DNA from: an uncultured Candidatus Saccharibacteria bacterium
GTDB lineage: Bacteria; Patescibacteriota; Saccharimonadia; Saccharimonadales; CAZMXN01
Direction of reading: 5' to 3'
Length of the DNA stretch: 64,000 nt
Assembly: GCA_964570275.1 (NCBI GenBank)
Contig: CAZMXN010000003.1
Span: forward strand, 33,165-97,164
Below, one piece after another: positions 60,548 through 64,000 of the stretch. The position numbers and the translations under genes are program-made. Every line of letters begins with the position of its first letter. Within the stretch, counting starts at the first letter, position 1. A model generated the notes under the pieces. It ran no database searches. It was not told where the DNA came from and worked only from the letters and a program-made list of their open reading frames with translations.

Positions 60548-61771
60548 ATGAACAAGTTGTTTGACGCCGAATTCTTTGCCGGTAACCGCCGCCGGTTACG
60601 GGCAGAACACCCCGGAACGCCGCTGGTCGTGACGGCCAGCGGTTTGCTGCAGCGAACCAACGACACCGCTTTTCCGTTCCGGCAGGACAGTAATTTCTGG
60701 TATCTGACCGGCATAGCCGAGCCGGACATTATCCTGGTGATTGACGAGGCCGGTGACTACCTGATTGTGCCGCCGCGCGACGAGACGCGAAAGATTTTCG
60801 AGGGGGATATCGACCGGCGCGCCATGTCTGAAACGTCCGGTATAGCTGAGATTTTTGATTATGAAGCCGGCTGGCAGAGACTGATCGCCAGCCTTAAGCA
60901 GACCGGCCGGGCGGCGACGACCCTGCCGCCGCCGGCCTATGTGGACAGCCACGGGCTTTACACCAACCCGGCCCGCGTCCGGCTGGTCTCCCGGCTGCAC
61001 GCCGGCGTGGCTGGCCTGAAGCTGGACGATATCGGGCCGAAGCTGGCCGGGCTGCGACAAGTTAAGCAGCCTCCGGAAATCGCCGCCATCAAGCAGGCCA
61101 TTTCGATCACCGAAGCCGGCCTAACAGAGATTAAATCCCGGCTTGGTGATTATAAATTTGAGTATGAAATCGAAGCTGACTTGAGCAGGTTGTTCCGGCT
61201 AAGCGGCGCCGGCGGCCATGCCTACCGGCCGATTATCGCCGCCGGAAAGAGCGCCTGCACGCTCCATTACGAGGCCAATGACCGCCAGCTGGTTGACGGA
61301 TCGCAGCTGCTGCTTGATGTCGGCGCCGAGGTCAGCAACTATGCCGCCGATCTGACCCGGACCTGGGCGGTCGGTCAGCCGGATAAGCGACTCCGGGCAG
61401 TGCACCAGGCGGTTGTTAGCGTGCAGGAGCAGGTGATCGCCGCTCTAAAACCGGGACTAACGCCAAAAGCAGTCGAGGAGCTGGCCACCACCGCTACGCT
61501 TGAACAGCTGCGCCGGCTCGAGCTGGTGGGCCCAGGCGACAAATCGGCGGCGCGCCGGTATTTCCCTCATGCCGTTTCCCACTTCCTGGGGCTTGATACC
61601 CATGATGTCGGGGATTATCGCCAGCCGCTGGCGGCCGGTATGGTGCTGACGGTCGAACCCGGCATCTATATTCGCGAAGAAGGCCTTGGCGTTCGTATCG
61701 AAGACAATGTAGTCATTACCAAAACCGGCTGCGAGGTACTGTCGGCCGGCTTGTCGCGGAGCCTGGAGTAG
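60548..61771 (+). CDS. pepP: Xaa-Pro aminopeptidase
   Basis: FRQDSNFWYLTG, LHY, LDVGAE..NYAADLTRT, HFLGLDTHD, TVEPGIY, GVRIED. Confidence 0.93.
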   Translation: MNKLFDAEFFAGNRRRLRAEHPGTPLVVTASGLLQRTNDTAFPFRQDSNFWYLTGIAEPDIILVIDEAGDYLIVPPRDETRKIFEGDIDRRAMSETSGIAEIFDYEAGWQRLIASLKQTGRAATTLPPPAYVDSHGLYTNPARVRLVSRLHAGVAGLKLDDIGPKLAGLRQVKQPPEIAAIKQAISITEAGLTEIKSRLGDYKFEYEIEADLSRLFRLSGAGGHAYRPIIAAGKSACTLHYEANDRQLVDGSQLLLDVGAEVSNYAADLTRTWAVGQPDKRLRAVHQAVVSVQEQVIAALKPGLTPKAVEELATTATLEQLRRLELVGPGDKSAARRYFPHAVSHFLGLDTHDVGDYRQPLAAGMVLTVEPGIYIREEGLGVRIEDNVVITKTGCEVLSAGLSRSLE

Positions 61772-61791
61772 CCTACAATAAGGTTAAGATT

Positions 61792-62154
61792 ATGAAGAGA
61801 CCGTTAACCCGTTTTTTGGTGCGCTGGTTTGTTTGCAGCCTGGGGCTGTGGGTGGCCGCCGGCCTGCTGGACGACCGGATCACCTACGACAGCCGCATCG
61901 GTGTGATCATCGTCGCCGGTTTGGTGCTGGCCATCATCAACACCATCATCAAGCCGATCATTGTGATCCTGTCGCTGCCGGCAATTTTATTCAGTCTCGG
62001 CCTGTTTATGATAGTCATTAACGGTCTGATGGTGCTGCTGGCCAGCAAACTGTATTCGTCCCTGGAGGTCGAGAGCTTCGGGACCGCCATGCTTGCCGGT
62101 GTGGTGATAGGCTTGGTAAACTATCTGGTAACCACTATTTTAGAGGAAAGATAG
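61792..62154 (+). CDS. Phage holin family (YvlD/DUF360-like) membrane protein
   Basis: Four TM segments; IN.IIKPI..LSLP...SLGLF..VING. Confidence 0.88.
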   Translation: MKRPLTRFLVRWFVCSLGLWVAAGLLDDRITYDSRIGVIIVAGLVLAIINTIIKPIIVILSLPAILFSLGLFMIVINGLMVLLASKLYSSLEVESFGTAMLAGVVIGLVNYLVTTILEER

Positions 62155-62171
62155 TTTTTGGTTAAAACGAT

Positions 62172-62384
62172 ATGAGCATACTTAATTACATCAGCATCGG
62201 TTCAATGATTCTGCTGATTCTGCTGATTCTGGTCCAGACCCGGGGAGCGTCTCTGGGAGCTGGTCTGGGCGGCGGCGGCGAGGTCAACACCGTGCGGCGT
62301 GGTTCGGACAAATCCCTGCATCAGCTCACCATCATCACCGCCATTGTCTTCGCGGCGTCGATTCTGCTGAGCATCATGGCCTGA
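62172..62384 (+). CDS. secG: Preprotein translocase subunit SecG
   Basis: ILVQTRGASLGAGLGG...RRGSDK.L..LT; two TM segments. Confidence 0.9.
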   Translation: MSILNYISIGSMILLILLILVQTRGASLGAGLGGGGEVNTVRRGSDKSLHQLTIITAIVFAASILLSIMA

Positions 62385-62491
62385 GCCAGGGAAACTTAAC
62401 GTATTTTGGATGACGGATAAGGTAGTGGCATCAAGTATAGCTAGCGACAACAATTCACACCTAAGCTGCACCTCGTCTGCCTGGAGCAAAG

Positions 62492-64000
62492 ATGATAGAT
62501 AGAGCCACCAAGCTGCGGATCCGCCGCGTCTTCCGCCGCCGTAAACGGCAGGTCGAGGACATGGGTATTCAGGCCGAGGAGAACCTGGAGCGGCATTTTA
62601 TCCGGCGCCTGGGCCGGCTGGGCGGCGTGTGGCGGTTTATGCTGAGCTGGGTTCTGCTGGTGTCCATCCTGATTGTGGGAGTGCTGGTTCAGACCAGGGC
62701 GCTGGGACAGTATTATCTGGAACTGCAGCCGGCGGACGGCGGGACGTTTACCGAGGGCATCATCGGCACTTACTCCAACGCCAATCCGCTGTACGCTTCC
62801 GGCCCGGTAGACAGCGCCGTGTCAAGGCTGGTCTTTGCCGGTCTGCTGAAGTATGACGAGCAGAACCAGTTGGTCGGCGATTTGGCGGAAAGCTGGTCGA
62901 TCAATGACGACGAAACCACCTATACGGTCAGGCTGCGCGAGGGGCTTAAGTGGCATGACGGCCAGCCGCTAACGGCCGAAGACGTCGTGTTCACTTATGC
63001 GACAATCCAGAATCCGGACGCCAAATCACCGCTGTTTAGCAGCTGGCAGGGGATTAAAGTGGCCGCCGTTGACGAGCGCACCATAACGTTCACCCTGCCC
63101 AATTCGCTGGCGCCGTTTCCGCACTCGCTGACCAATGGCATCGTGCCCAAACATGTTTTGGGTGGTGTGCCGCTGGAGCAGCTGCGCTCGGTGCGGTTTA
63201 ACACCGTCGAGCTGGTCGGGGCCGGTCCGTTCCGGCTGCGCACCGTCGAAGTTGTGGGTACGACGCCGGAGGACCGCGAGGAACGTATCGGCCTGGTGCC
63301 GTTTACGGATTATCATTTCAGCCCGTCGACGCTTAACCGGTTCGTGATCCGGACGTTTCGTGACGAAACCCGGTTGATCAGGGATTTCGAGGAACAGGAA
63401 GTCCAGGCCATGGCCGGTTTGTCCAGCGTTCCCGACGAACTGATTGACGACACTTCGCTTCAGGAGCACAACATTCCGCTGACCGGCGGAGTGATGGCCT
63501 TTTTCCGCACCAGTCACGAGATTCTGGGCGACGTCAGAGTTCGCCGGGCGCTGGTTAGAGCGGCCGACGTGCCGGCCATTGCCGGCAGCATTGGCCATCC
63601 GGTGGCAGCATTAAACGGCCCGTTGCTCAAAGAACACATTGGCTATAATCCGGATCTGGTGCAGCTGGCGCACAGCCAGAAAGAAGCCAATAAGCTGCTG
63701 GATGAAGCCGGCTGGGTTCGTGACCCCGAGTCGGGGCTGCGCTCCAAGGATGGCAAGCCGCTCAAGTTTCAGGTGATTTCACAGGCCACCGGCGAGTACA
63801 ATCATGTGACCCGGTTGCTGCGCGAACAGTGGCGGGCTGTAGGGGTTGAGGCGGATGTCCGGCTCCAGCCGGAGAGCGAACTGCAAAACAACCTGGCCTT
63901 TCACAATTACGACGTGCTGGTTTACGGGGTCGCGCTGGGCAAGGATCCGGACTCGTTTGTCTACTGGCACAGTTCGCAGGCGTCGGTCAATGCTCAGAAT
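62492..64000 (+). CDS. Peptide ABC transporter substrate-binding protein (family 5), truncated by the window end
   Basis: Read manually from ATG 62492: MIDRATKLRIRR..., TM, GGTFTEG, NPLY, GDLAESW, KWHDGQPLTAEDVVFT, GAGPF; missing from the ORF track because it has no stop in the window. Confidence 0.92.
   Translation, partial: MIDRATKLRIRRVFRRRKRQVEDMGIQAEENLERHFIRRLGRLGGVWRFMLSWVLLVSILIVGVLVQTRALGQYYLELQPADGGTFTEGIIGTYSNANPLYASGPVDSAVSRLVFAGLLKYDEQNQLVGDLAESWSINDDETTYTVRLREGLKWHDGQPLTAEDVVFTYATIQNPDAKSPLFSSWQGIKVAAVDERTITFTLPNSLAPFPHSLTNGIVPKHVLGGVPLEQLRSVRFNTVELVGAGPFRLRTVEVVGTTPEDREERIGLVPFTDYHFSPSTLNRFVIRTFRDETRLIRDFEEQEVQAMAGLSSVPDELIDDTSLQEHNIPLTGGVMAFFRTSHEILGDVRVRRALVRAADVPAIAGSIGHPVAALNGPLLKEHIGYNPDLVQLAHSQKEANKLLDEAGWVRDPESGLRSKDGKPLKFQVISQATGEYNHVTRLLREQWRAVGVEADVRLQPESELQNNLAFHNYDVLVYGVALGKDPDSFVYWHSSQASVNAQN

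Noticed and set aside
61792-62154. Phage lysis cassette
   Set aside because: YvlD-like holin-family genes are common chromosomal genes; no endolysin or phage context
62385-62491. Possible ncRNA between secG and the peptide-binding protein gene
   Set aside because: Only short 4-5-bp complementarities (CCAGG/CCTGG, GACG/CGTC) and no recognisable family motif

Overview
GC-rich bacterial chromosome segment whose gene content and style (short AlaS and MetG, FtsA-like plus baseplate-J-like pair, many -10 boxes immediately before start codons) point to Candidatus Saccharibacteria/Patescibacteria; this is an inference. Housekeeping genes include pcrA, rsmA, ssrA (tmRNA), rarA, metG, tatD, iscS, mnmA, alaS, ruvX, mltG, obg, sbcB, uvrA, rplY, uvrC, pepP and secG. 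The most notable element is a ~14.5 kb block (21342-35856) between iscS and mnmA. It encodes a divergent F1-like ATPase operon (b, delta, alpha, gamma, beta, short epsilon) with no subunit a. Its first gene ends in a subunit-c-like hairpin (RNP loop) that lacks the ion-binding carboxylate and is fused to a predicted extracellular domain. A fibre-like membrane protein and a cluster of secreted WxL/pilin-like proteins with a DUF916-like partner follow. Together this is a candidate ion-uncoupled, ATP-driven surface motor or assembly system. Other notable items: a repeat-flanked pair of TM-only MgtE-like genes next to ssrA, an atypical tmRNA tag, heptamer repeats inside uvrC, and several structured or translated leaders. 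All calls come from reading the sequence and recalled family motifs; no searches were run.
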